Assembly (NCBI RefSeq): GCF_964355755.1
Contig: NC_092678.1
Coordinates: forward strand, 17,687,365-17,751,364
Direction of reading: 5' to 3'
Origin: Antedon mediterranea
Lineage: Eukaryota; Animalia; Echinodermata
Length of the DNA stretch: 64,000 bases
The translations under genes and the position numbers were made by a program. The number at the start of each line of letters is the position of its first letter. Position 1 is the first letter of the stretch. Positions 26,171 to 38,465 of the stretch are shown one piece after another. The notes below the pieces were generated by a model. That model was not told the DNA's origin and made no database searches. It saw nothing but the letters and a program-made list of their open reading frames with translations.

Positions 26171-26991
26171 AGCCCCTTTCTCACAGATGTGCCTGCAATA
26201 TACCGGTACAGTGCTGGCGTCGTGCCGGTATCGTTACCGGCATATAACCATTCTCATCGGACTATCGTGCCGGAAATATAACCGGTATATACCGGCTTTC
26301 TGTGAGAAAGGAGTCGGGCATATTCGGCCAATAAAAAGTCTCTGACAAAATAATTATTGAGGGCGTCCTTTAATGTTATTATTTTTGTCTAGGCCTAGCG
26401 ATGATATGGCGGCGAATGTCAAGTTACAGATTATTATCTTCCTTTATAGCATATTTATGCAATACATGCTATGTACAGTATATTGTGCATATATTATACA
26501 GGTATAGCAATTAATTTGTCGTCATCGGCAATCTGTAAAACACCTTAGAAGGCTGTAGGCCTACAATTTACAAGGCGACGAAAGGTCAGGCACCAACAAA
26601 CAGAGAGCTAAATGGCCTAGCCTAGCGGCCTATAGATTATGCTTCTCGTCCCCTTATTTTAAGCAGCTCTCTTATCTCATTATCCCTCCAGTTCGACATT
26701 ATTATTGTTAATTGAATTGAATAGGCGCCAAAGTGATACACTTGACCGCGCAATGTGTCAAAGCCTCGACGGGGAACCCCGGAATATAACGGCGATACGT
26801 TCTCACAGAATGCCCGTCTGGCATTGCGGGGAATATCCCTAGAATATTACTAGGTCTAAAGCAGGTCATCTCGATGCCGGCATGGTGCCGGCATGATGCC
26901 AAGACGACCCGTTCTCACAGAAAACCATACCGGCATGGTAATGGTATATTCCCGCAATATTCCTGGCACACAACTCTGTGAGAAAGGGGCT
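26171..26991. mobile_element. Non-autonomous TIR element (Harbinger-like)
   Basis: 17-bp perfect TIR AGCCCCTTTCTCACAGA, 3-bp TSD TTG, and internal TTCTCACAGA and TACCGG/TGCCGG subrepeats. Confidence 0.8.
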
Positions 26992-27954
26992 TTGGTTGAT
27001 TGATAATTAGCAATACTAGTGGTTTCGCTCGCACACCCTCTAGTAGTGGGTGTACCCGAATGGTCCTCGAAAACATGGCCAACGTTTCTGGCCTTCTCCA
27101 GTGTGTGACAGGGTGACATAGATTTGTACTCAAAAGTGTCACAATCCAAGAATGAATTAAAGTAAAGGCCTTCAATAATAGTTAAATTACTAAAACAAAT
27201 TGTAGTTCCACTAAAGTAAATGCTTTTAATCAATATAATTAATCAGCTGAATATCTAAAACAAATTAATTGCTAGGCCTAGTTCACAATACGTTGCACCA
27301 CTAAACAATTTGCATTAATTATTGAATGTCGCCACCAACGGCCATTTTGCCTGAAGTGACGGACCCGGAAGCCAGTTGAACAACAGCGCGAGTGTGTGAA
27401 AATAATCCTGTGATCCACAAATTTCGATAGGTAACGCTAAATGTTGTCGTAAAAAAAAAATGGAACAATAGCGTAGTACTGAAAACTAATGTTATCAAAT
27501 CTACGTTTCGCGGTACATCTAAGATAGATAAGATAGGTATCCAAGGCGGAGATTTATATCGAAGTTTTTCCATTGTGCTCGCTTATGTCGGAATTAAAGC
27601 CCCATTCCTTACGTTTTTTAGATCTAATTTATGATCACAAACTATATTTAATGTAAAAATAATACTATATGGTCCTATTGCGATAACTTTTTTCGTCTTT
27701 AAACGGTTAAAAATGTGAAAAATAAATCGATTCTAATAATTATAGCGGCCCGCTATAAATCCCAAAATGCATTGCGCGCGGATTGATATTTTTGTTTTTC
27801 ACCTGTAATTCGCCCACTTTTCGATCGATCGTGAAGCCAAAACAAATGGAAGACTCCTAACTTTTCAGCGAAAATACCGGGTTTTCCCCAATTTGTATCA
27901 ACGGAGTCTGGCAAAAATAGAAAGACAATTAATGCTGCAACTATACAACGTCAG

Positions 27955-28711
27955 ACAGATAATAATAAATGGTTTTAGAGCACGGGCTTTTCATGACGGT
28001 CAGGAAGTGAAATGCAACAAATGTACAAAGACTGGGCATTTAGCTTTTCAATGCAAAGCTGATATAATCTGTTTCAAGTGTCATTTACCAGGGCATACTA
28101 GGGACAGATGTAATGTTGAAGCGCATAATGTATCATCATCTGGTTCACCTGGTGCATACATTAATAAAGTTTGGGAATCGGTTTTTAACTTTGAAAACCC
28201 AAAAAATAGTAATGCTAACGATAACCACTACGGGAAAAGAGCTACGGTACAATCTGATACAGAAACACATGATGAAGTGTTTAGTATTGATGGAAGTAGT
28301 GAATCATCAGATGATGAAAATACGCAGAAAGAAACAAGTGTGATCACTATAGAACAACACACAAACCAAAATGAGCAGGAAGATGATGACAGAGAGGAGC
28401 AGAGAGAAGAGCAGGAAGTGGACGAAAGAGAGGAGGAGGAAGTTGAAGAAGGAGAGGAACAAGAAGTACCAGGAAGAAAGTACCAGAAAGCTGAAGAAAG
28501 AGAGGAGCAGGAAGTTGGGGAAAGAGAGGAGCATGAACAGAAGAAGGTAACTGACTACTTTGAAAAAAGTATGCAAAAAAGTAAAAGTGTTAGCACAAAC
28601 AAGAAAGCAGCGAGAGATCTGAAGGAACAGTCCGGAAATGAAGGCAGGACAGAAGAAAAAACAAAGAGTATTGAAAAAAGAAGTTTAAGAAAGAGAAACA
28701 AAAACAAGTAA
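27955..28711 (+). CDS. Tx1 ORF1 C-terminal part: two CCHC zinc knuckles and an acidic tail
   Basis: CNKCTKTGHLAFQC and CFKCHLPGHTRDRC. The ORF-track N-terminus upstream of 27955 is flanking DNA. Confidence 0.85.
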
Positions 28712-28776
28712 TTTAATCTTAATAATATGTATTCTAAATATTGTAATTTCCCTAGGAAGCTCTTTACTCTAATCTT

Positions 28777-31470
28777 ATGAATTTACATTGTATAACACTA
28801 AACGTTAGAGGAGCTAGAAATATAAATAAGCAACATAAGCTATTCCAATGGGTAAAAGATCAAAAAGCGGATATATGTCTGCTTCAGGAAACCCATCTAA
28901 CAAATGAGATTATTAATAAATCAAACTTTGTTTGGGAAGGTGAAGCGATCCATAGTATAGGTAATTCACATAGTAGAGGAGTGTCGATACTATTACGAAA
29001 AGGTCTTGAATGCAAAATTGTTAAAAAGTTAACTGATATTGATGGAAGATATATATTTCTTAATTTAATGATAAATGAAAAGGAATTGGACATTATAAAT
29101 ATTTATGCTCCTAATGAAAGCAAAAATAGAAGTGCATTCTTTAGGACCATACACAAATGTTACAATAACTTTGATGGAGGGAAGGGTAATTCTATCATTC
29201 TAGGTGGAGATCTGAATTGCATCATGAATAGTGACATTGACCAAAAAGGTAGCGCAAATAGGTCTGATAAATCTGTTTTTACGATTAAAAACCTAATGAA
29301 AAATTTAAATTTAAATGATATTTGGAGATCCAAAAACATGAATAAGCGACAATTTACGTGGCGTAAGAGATTTAACAACATTTTCCGTAGGCTGGATTAC
29401 TGGTTAATATCAGAAGATCTCTTTTCAAATGGAGATGTTTTAGCCTGTGACATTCGTCCAGCCATTCTCACAGATCACCAGGCGGTATCAATTAAAATAG
29501 ATTTGCATGAAAAAATACGCGGTCCTGGTTTATGGATGTTCAACAATAGCTTTCTGAAAGATGAAACATTTACAAAATTAGTAATTAAAATAATTGATGT
29601 TTCAATACTAAAAAATAATAGAGAACCTGTAAGTGCAAGTTTGTTATGGGAGCTTGTAAAAACAAAAATAAAAGAATTTTCAATTGCATACGGAAAACAA
29701 AAAAATAAAAACCAGAATAAAAAGAAAGAAAAATTACAAAAACAAATAAAAAACTTAAATGAAACAATTATGAATACTCAAAATTGTGATATAACCATTG
29801 AAAATAAAATTGAAAACAAAAAAATAGAGCTTGAAAACATTTATAATGTAGAAGCAAAAGGCGCGCAAATTAGGTCCAGAGTAAAATGGATAGAGGAAGG
29901 CGAGCGGAATACAAAATACTTTCTTGGGTTAGAAAGATCCAAAAGTAAAAAGAAACACATAAAAGGTTTAATTACTAAAGATGGGAGCTTAGCAACGAGC
30001 CCAATTGATATTTTAAAGGAACAAATACAACATTTCGAAGGTTTATACGCAAAAAATGTTATAAACCCTGGAAAAATTAATAAATACCTTTGTAATTCTA
30101 TTATAAACAAGCTTTCAGAAATAGAAAAAGAAAATTGTGAAGGTTACGTCACTATTGATGAATGTAAAAATGCCATTTCAATGATGGAAAAAAATAAAAC
30201 ACCTGGATCGGATGGTCTAAGTGTTGAATGTTATGTGTTCTTTTGGAATAATATTAAACATTTAATTTGCGATGCGTTAAATGAAAGTTATAATTCTCAA
30301 GAATTATCCTTTTCGCAAAAACGAGGTGTAATCACCCTTTTGTTCAAGGATGGAGAAAGAGAAAATTTGAATAATTGGCGTCCCATTACCCTCTTAAACA
30401 CCGATTACAAAATTCTTGCACATGTATTAAGTAACAGACTTAAAATGGTTATTAAATCAATAGTAAGTTCAGACCAAAAAGGTTATATAAAAGGCCGTTT
30501 CGCTGGTGAAAACATTCGGTTAATAGAAGACCTGCTTTATTATACAGAGTGTAATGATATCGAAGGGGCAATAATTACCGTAGATTTTAAGAAGGCTTTT
30601 GACTCTATTAGTAGAGATTTTATGTTCAATGTTCTAGAAAAGTTTAACTTTGGAATGTTCTTTTGTAACTGGGTAAAAGTATTATACAATAACGTTGAAT
30701 GTGTCACAGTTAACAATGGTTGGGTTTCAAACAATTTTAAAATGGAAAGAGGTATTAGACAAGGTTGTCCTCTATCTGCTCTGTTATTCATTTTAGTGGT
30801 TGAAGTAATGGCATCTAGAATAAGAAACAAAGATGACTATAAGGGTATTAAACTTCCAAATAATGAAAATAACATAGAAGCTAGAATAAGCCAATTAGCC
30901 GATGATACTGTTTTGTATGTTGGTAATGACAAAAGTATTAAGTCAGCAGTCAGTGTAATTGAACGTTTTTGTGAAGTATCTGGAATGACACTAAATAAAA
31001 AAAAAAACCAATGCTTTTTGGATTGGTAAATGGAAGAACAGAATAGATAGACCTTTAGAATTAAATTGGGTAAAACACCCGATCAAAATGTTAGGCATAT
31101 ATGTAGGATATAATACAGAAGAATGTACCAGAAAAAACTGGGATGTTAAATTAATAGAGCTAGAAAAGACTTTAAAACAATGGAATGCTAGAAATCTCTC
31201 AATTTTTGGTAGAATAATAATCCTGAAAATTCTTGCACTATCTAAATTAACATATGCTGCAAATATCACTGATGTTCCAAAATATGTATATACACAAGTT
31301 ACAAATCTAATATATAATTATATTTGGAACAATAAAAGGGAAAAGATAAAAAGAAAAACTCTAATTGGTGATGTTGAGATGGGAGGCATTAAAATGCCTG
31401 ATTTTACTCTTCATGTTAACGCACTCATGTGTGGCTGGTTAAAAAGAATTATGAATGATGATGGTGCTCA
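28777..31470 (+). pseudogene. Tx1 ORF2, APE endonuclease plus RT, with a +1 frameshift in A11 at 30997-31007
   Basis: TLNVRG, LQETH, GGDLN, RLDYWL, TDH, WRPITLLNTDYKI, DFKKAFD, GIRQGCPLS and QLADD motifs. Removing one A restores LNKKKTNAFWIGKW into the 31088 ORF. Confidence 0.9.
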
Positions 31471-33366
31471 CATTCATTTAGACTAGACAAAAAGTAGTGA
31501 GCCCTCTAGCGGTCATTTGTGATTTCTGAGATTCATCGAAGCGCGACAACATCACCCGGAAATGATGTGAATTTAAAATTTTAATAGGGTTAAACTCTTT
31601 TAACCAATTGAAAGCCTTAAATTATAGTTCCTTATGAATAATTCATGAGAATAATTAAAGCAAGGGTTGAAGAAGCACGTGACTTGGTTTTTGGAACAGG
31701 ATAGCAGTTATGATCGTGTCAGGTAATCATTGAATTTGCCCTTCTTTTTGTTAGATTTTATACGGTTTTTATCAATAATAATATTGTACATTTTTTCGAG
31801 ACCATAAAAAAATTCCTCAATTTTTGAGTAAACGAGTGACTAAATAAAAAGTTACTATGTAATGTAAATATTCGTTTGACAAAAAATGGGCATGTTGATA
31901 TTTTCAGGTATTTTTTAAATGGCGATTGAAATAGGTAAACAAATCACATGTATAACGGTGGTTTGTGCGAAGCTGGGCCTAGCCTTGATGGTCCAACGCG
32001 TACTGCGTGTTAATCAATGCGTATAAGATACACACGTAGTCGTTTAGGCCAATTTTTTTACATGTTTATTTATTAATATTAGGCCCCATTCTCATTTATT
32101 TTAATTAATGTACTGAATGTACCCCACTTTACAACTCTATATAAATTAGATTTTGTACTTGTATTAAATTCAAACGTTTTATGGGATTTAAAACATTAAG
32201 CTAGGCCTTGTAGTAGGCCTAGGACCACATGCTAGGTTTTTCAGCCTAATTTATCATGCAGTATACCTCTAGCCCATCTTTCAAATACATATTTAAATTA
32301 ACATACTTTTTATATTTCTATATTTTTTATAGGATCTGACTCCAGAAAACATTTGCATCACTTGAAAGCGGCTATTTATGGACAGCATGTTGACATTCAA
32401 AAAAATTTGACCAGCTCTTATTAATTAAATGTCTTTTAAATTAAAGGTTTTCATTATAATGAAATGTACGGTGACAGAAATTTAAATGATTCTCATAATT
32501 GAGGTTTCTCATAGATTTAATATTGAAGGTAAATAAATAAAGCTGTTTGTTATTCTTGCCTTTAGAAATAAACTTGTTGTTAGTACTATATTATTAGGCC
32601 TAGGCCAAATTATACAAATTAAAACTAAAAAATACAGTAATCATATTTAAGGCCTACACAGCAGTACCTTGCTTGATTTGATTTTTTTCAAATATTTAAT
32701 TGATGAAATAAATGAGTTTGACTTTTCAATTAGTTGCCATTTTATTAGTTTCTGTGTGTTTTTATTTATATTCTTAAAATAATTGTATTGTATACAACAA
32801 CTTTAAAGTATTGCGCAGAAGTGATCAAATTATAGTAGGCCTATTTTTATGTTATTTTCGCTTAAAATTATGCAGTTAAAGTATTGATTTTAGGGTGACA
32901 GAAACGGTTAGGCAAGAAAAGAAATAAATTTGGGAATTTTGTTATGCGGTAAAAACAATTAAACATAATTTACCCCTAATGCATGTAAATGTAGAAAACA
33001 TTGCTTATGTTAGCGCGACCGAAACTCGCTACTGGGAATAGAGCCTGCAAAAGCGACGCGTACACACCTACTCGGGCACCGGCGGAGCGCGATCGATAGT
33101 AAATATACCCGATTTCAAATGATCATAAAATTCTTTTAAAAAATATCAACATTTTGATTTTTTGAGGATTACAAGTAAAGATATTGAAATTTAACATAAT
33201 ATTTACAAATATGTATTTAAAAATTCGGAAACAATTTTAGCGTGATATTAAAACAAACTTTTTAGAGTTCCGCGATTTTCTACGCAGGATTTGTTTGTTT
33301 TCATTGTTAATGGGCGAATGTTACCTAAACTAGAATCGTTATAAATCTTTTAAATTTGTATTATAA
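31470..33366. mobile_element. Unclassified ~1.9-kb non-coding insertion inside Tx1 ORF2
   Basis: ORF2 breaks after DDGAH and resumes at VINVLLNMSC. No long ORF, and no clear TIR or TSD found. Confidence 0.7.
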
Positions 33367-34395
33367 GTAATTAATGTTTTACTTAATATGTCATGTTATA
33401 ACATTATTGATGTTAATTCTGATAAAATTCCACTGTTTTACAAAAATATGATAAAAGCCTACATAAATTATAACAGAATCTCTAAAAAAAAACCTGAAAC
33501 TTATAATGATATAATGAATGAGCAACTGTGGGGAAACCACTACGTTAAACTAAAAAAAAAATCGCTTTTCTACAAGCATTGGATTGACAGTGGCATTATC
33601 AGTATTAAAGACATTGTTAATAAGAACACTTTTTTAACATCAAACGAAATACTGGTGAAACTACAATGTAAAACAAACTGGTTAAATGAGTATTTGTGCA
33701 TTATTAAGGCAATACCAATTCAATGGAAACGTATTATTAAGGAGGTAGATATTTTCAATTGTGATGATAATGATGAGTTAGTTGGGACCAAGTATGAGAT
33801 TAATACTACCAAACTAATATACTCATGGTTTGTGAAAGAATATTTCATTATTCCAATGTCACAACTAAAATGGGAAGAGTACTTCAATGATAACAACATT
33901 GATTGGAAAACTTCTTGGTTACGGAAAGTATGTAAAATGAAAGATAAGAAACTAGCACAATTCAATTATAAGATGTTACATAGAATACTGCCTACCAACA
34001 AACGGCTGTATCAGTGGAAAGTTAAGGAAACACAAACGTGTGACAAATGTGGAGAAATTGAAAATGAAAATCATTTGTTTTTTAGTTGTAGATTTATTCA
34101 GAAATATTGGAGGAAAATGCTTAGTATCTTTGTAAGTTTAAATCACAATAATATATCATTTAAACAATTAATACTAGGAACGGGAGATAAGCTAATAGAT
34201 TATATTTACACTTTTGCAGCATTTACTATTTATAGAATAAAAATGTTATCTGCACTAAATAAGCCAGTGGGTAAATCTTTATGGAATTCATTTAAAAGCA
34301 ATATGTTATATAACATTGAATGTGAAACATATAACAATAAAGAAACAAGTATAAAAAAATGGGTAGCTTTAAGAAATAAGATTATGATAATATAA
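33367..34395 (+). pseudogene. Tx1 ORF2 C-terminal part with zf-RVT-like CCHC
   Basis: LWGNHY, YKMLHRILPTN and CDKCGEIENENHLFFSC motifs. Confidence 0.88.
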
Positions 34396-34779
34396 TTTCT
34401 AATTTGATACGATTAACCGAAAAAGAATTACAGTGATACGGGTTACTGGTGGTACTGAGTTATTATTGTTTTTTTTTATCATGTATATAAATATATTGTA
34501 TAATCCGTGTTGTAAAATGAAAACAAACAAATGAAAATGTGTGAACTATTTTAAAACGGGATAGATGACAATGATGATCCTGTCAAGTGTATAACAAAAT
34601 ATACGAAAATTAATGAAAAAAGGAGTAATACAGAATTCATATATGTAAAAATGTTACTTATGAACTGTAACGACATTTACAAGTTAAATAATACGATTTT
34701 ATGTAATATGAGATAATATGAATGTGAATAAAAGTGGTGTTTGCGCCACAAAAGAGAAAAAAAAACTATACAACGTCAG

Positions 34780-35054
34780 GCTAGGTATATAGCTAGCGTA
34801 CGATGTTCGTACGTTATCGATGTTTACCAGCTAGGCCTACAAAACTAAGCCTAGCTAGGCTAGGCCTAAGACCCTCAACGAGAGGTCGTTCGCCGCGAGC
34901 TACTTAGGTAGTGCATTGTTTCTCACTTTTTATCATAATTTACCATAAAACGTACATTTAAGACAAGGAATGACATGGTTTAATGTTTTTAAAGTGATAT
35001 ATATATGTATTATTTTCCAAAAAACGTCCAAAATTGCAGGGAAAGGGTCTTTAA
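34780..35054. mobile_element. Right end of a Kolobok-like non-autonomous element, probable host of the Tx1 insertion
   Basis: Ends GGGAAAGGGTCT followed by TTAA. The matching left end was not identified. Confidence 0.4.
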
Positions 35055-35149
35055 CCATAACTTATATATAAATTATCCAAATAATAATGGTATGTCATGG
35101 ACATAGTATTTTTGCCATCGTTCACTGTGTAATCGTCCGTCTGTATTTA

Positions 35150-36245
35150 TAAGCATATAACAAATCATTACATTAATTTACAGTTAATAATCAATAATAA
35201 CAAAGTAAACATACATTTTTTAAGCAATGAATATCCCTTGAATGATGTTTCAAAGATAGGTTGGTTGACGTTAGCCATACAACTCATTGAGTATGGTATG
35301 TTGGCATGTACAGCATTGTTCATGATCATCGTTCCATTTTTTAAATGTTTTACTTTTAGTGTTTGTCTTAGAAGTCTTACGGGATACGTCATCACTTATA
35401 TAAATACTGTTATTGTTTAGTGGATTGCCCTTCAATGTTTTCGCTGCTTGGCTTAGAACAAATTTGCCTGCCCACGTAGCTCAACAGTTAATTGGTCTTT
35501 GTCTCCTCGATGACGAGCGCCTTATTGGGATTCTGTGGACTCGTTCCACTTCTATGTCGTCCCCATTCTCTAATTTCATGTGCGAAGTGAATACAACTTC
35601 TACAAATTCCTTGCACGATAAATTGCCTCCCTTCTCGTAATCTTCTGGTACGTTATGAATGATTATATTATTCCTCCTCGATCTATTTTCGAGATCGTCT
35701 ACTTTCTTTTCTAGATAGGTAATAGTATCTAAAGTTTCATTAACTGACTTACATTTGTTTGTATTGTCCTCCACTGATTTGTCCTTGAATTCTAGCGATT
35801 GCGTTATCTTTGTGATGACTCCGTTTTTTTTTTTTTACGTTTTCCTCAATTTTGGTCATCTTACCCTTCTAGCTTATTGACTCGTTTAACCATCGACTCC
35901 AGTTTGTTGAGTATTAGGTCAAGTTTTGAAGAGAGTTATCGCATTTGACGGCTGATGTTCTGGTTCAGTTGAGTCGCACCCATATTTTATTCCGCTCCGA
36001 ATCTGACCCTTGGCTGTCTTGGCCAGTGGTGGACATCAGATGATAGGTTATTTTGTCCTTTTTAGCTTTCGATTTTTCCATATTCAATAGAGAGTTTTAC
36101 TTTCAGTGTACAAATTATGTAAATACGGCACTGATTTAGTTGTTTTTGAAAAGAGCGCTACAAAAATGTGATGATTTGTGTATAAATTTCAGGAGCTACA
36201 AGTATACACGTCTTTACTGCATCGAGCTTAGCGCCCTCTCAACCA
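35150..36245 (-). mobile_element. 5' UTR and decayed L1-type (coiled-coil/RRM) ORF1 of a CR1/L1-like LINE, ORF2 absent
   Basis: LEKKVDDLENRSRRNNIIIHNVPE, IEVERVHRI..RPI and VFISDD motifs. ATG near 36081 and a 5' UTR with AAGACGTG..GTAGCTCC. Confidence 0.8.
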
Positions 36246-36463
36246 CTATTAAAAAAAACTATTTTTTAATAATGTACAAAAAATGAAATGAATACCATCC
36301 CATTAATTACCGGTATGTACAGAGAAAGCTTGAGCGGAAATCGAGGGTTACTTTTGCCAACAAGATGAAGCGCGAAACAAATAAAAACGCAGCGTGAAAC
36401 ATCTGAAATGATATACAATTTGCTACAAAATAAAAAGACAGAATATATTATATATAACTATAA

Positions 36464-38465
36464 CTAGCAGTAACCCGTGCGACGCACGGTCTTTAAACAG
36501 CTTTGCATGGGCAAGTATAAAAACAGCGCACTTTGATAAAGGTACTTTGACAAATTATTAAAATAAAAACAAAATGTATCAAGAATAAAATTCGGAACTA
36601 CTGTATTTAAGGCCATTGGTTTGTAATACGCTATTCCTTCACTTCAATATAATGTAGGCTAAAAATTAAAGCAATGGTACAGTGGATATGGAACTTTTAC
36701 TTTACTTTTGACTGGGAAATAAAAGACGCTTACGAAAAATTGTGCTGTATAAATTATTTTGGGTTTTTTTCGTGGTGTAATAATTATTTGATACGTAGAG
36801 ATAAAAAAAAGTGGATAAAAATCGAATGAAAAAAAAACACATTGCTGCGGAAACACGAATTAAGTTTATTTATTTATATTTTATTTTTATTTCACTGGTT
36901 TTGATATTTTGCAATTTTTTTGTAAGGGAGATTTGTTACGTACTTGCTACTTTTGTAATTAAAGTGTGGTCTACCAGAAACCAGTGCTCCGCACGGTTTG
37001 CCTACCTTAATAATTATTCGCATGGCATGATTATTAAGTATAATAAAAGCGTACTTTTCCCGGCCACAATATTTCTTTTTGTACATAAGTTGGGGGACCC
37101 CTCAAAAAATAAATATGGATATTCATTAATAATGTCCATAAGCTACGTCAGAAATGAGCTAACAATTCGCTAATACAAAGGTTTTCTGTCGAGCCGTCTG
37201 TATAGTCGAGTGGATTAGGCTATGGACTTTACATGTCGATGTAGGCCTATGGGGTTCTTTTTACTTTATAGTGAGAGAGTGATTATTTAGAGGGTTAGGT
37301 TTAGTTATATTTAGGAACTTAAGTAGTTCGGCTATCTTTCACATAAGGGGCCCCAACTTTTGTACGAAATAAAAATTTGCTTCCTGGCCCCTGACAAATT
37401 GTTTTTTTTTTTAAACGAACAAATTGTCAACAATACAATTCGGAACTACTTAAGATTTTTTTATTCACGGAGTATTATTATTATTACTTTGAAATATCTG
37501 TAAGCTACAAAATGAAAGCAATACTGGATTTAGGGTGCGCCTCAGAAAATGACAACGTGCATGAGCGGGACAGACTTCTGTTAATCAGTCGGCAGAGATT
37601 AAAACTTTTTAATGATAAAATATGAATTGGTAAGTTATCGAATTAAGATGTGAAGTATTGGAATAATAACAGTGATTACGGACTCAACACAAAAAGTAGT
37701 CGAAATTAGATGATGCGCTCGGATATTTAGCGGATTGGATTCCTTTTATTTGTTTGTGTTTTTATTTACATTTTTGAAACAATGACACAAAACTATACAC
37801 CCAACGCTATTTATTTGTTTTCTGGAAACACGGCACCTAGGCTATTTGGATTCGTTTTATTTGTGTGGTTTTTTTTTGTTCATTTACATTTTTTTCCATG
37901 TGTTTTTTTTTTCTATTTTGTTGTGTGCATTTGTTCGTATCTTTTTTGCTAGTTTTATAATTACATTGTGGTTTAGTTTTGATTTTTAGCTTTAAACGGT
38001 GATACTTAATTAGTACACATGTCGCGGATTGAACTCGAACCTACTAAGCATTGATATCAATGGTCACGGCGATTTTCTCACTGAGCCAAACCGTGATTTA
38101 CAAAATACATTCTGCTCCAAGGATAATTCATTAAAATTTCAACGGCGCGATCATTCGATATCGGTTGACGAAAGACTGTTTATTTAACGGCCCGGAATGG
38201 TATTTGTAGATCCGGCCATGGCGGTACACAACATAGGAGGTTGCGTAGTTTATACAGTGACGTAACATGGTTGCTGAGACGTCAAATTACTGTTATTTTT
38301 TGCCTTTTTTTAGTGTTTATCCATAAAATTCAGGAAAGTGACATAGCCTGTCATGTGTGGCCCCTCAATAAACATCAGTGTGCCAAATGTGATCACGTAC
38401 CCTTCAGTGGTTTTTTGAGGAGATTAAAAAAAAATTATTAGCATTATTAATAGATAAGATAGAGA
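36464..38465 (-). mobile_element. Non-autonomous Helitron
   Basis: Minus-strand 3' end is hairpin CCGTGCG-T-CGCACGG followed by CTAG|T. The 5' end is A|TC...TCTATTAATAAT near 38465. Confidence 0.7.

Larger units (their letters stand above)
27955..34763 (+). mobile_element. Tx1/L1-clade LINE, 5'-truncated within ORF1, interrupted by a 1.9-kb insertion
   Basis: 16-bp TSD AACTATACAACGTCAG at 27939-27954 and 34764-34779. AATAAA, a hairpin and an A-rich tail at the 3' end. Confidence 0.93.

Noticed and set aside
27893-27954. Apparent N-terminus of Tx1 ORF1
   Set aside because: It lies in or upstream of the TSD, so it is flanking DNA that happens to be in frame.
28307-31269. Several antisense ORFs over the Tx1 element
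   Set aside because: They are shadows of the A-rich sense ORFs.
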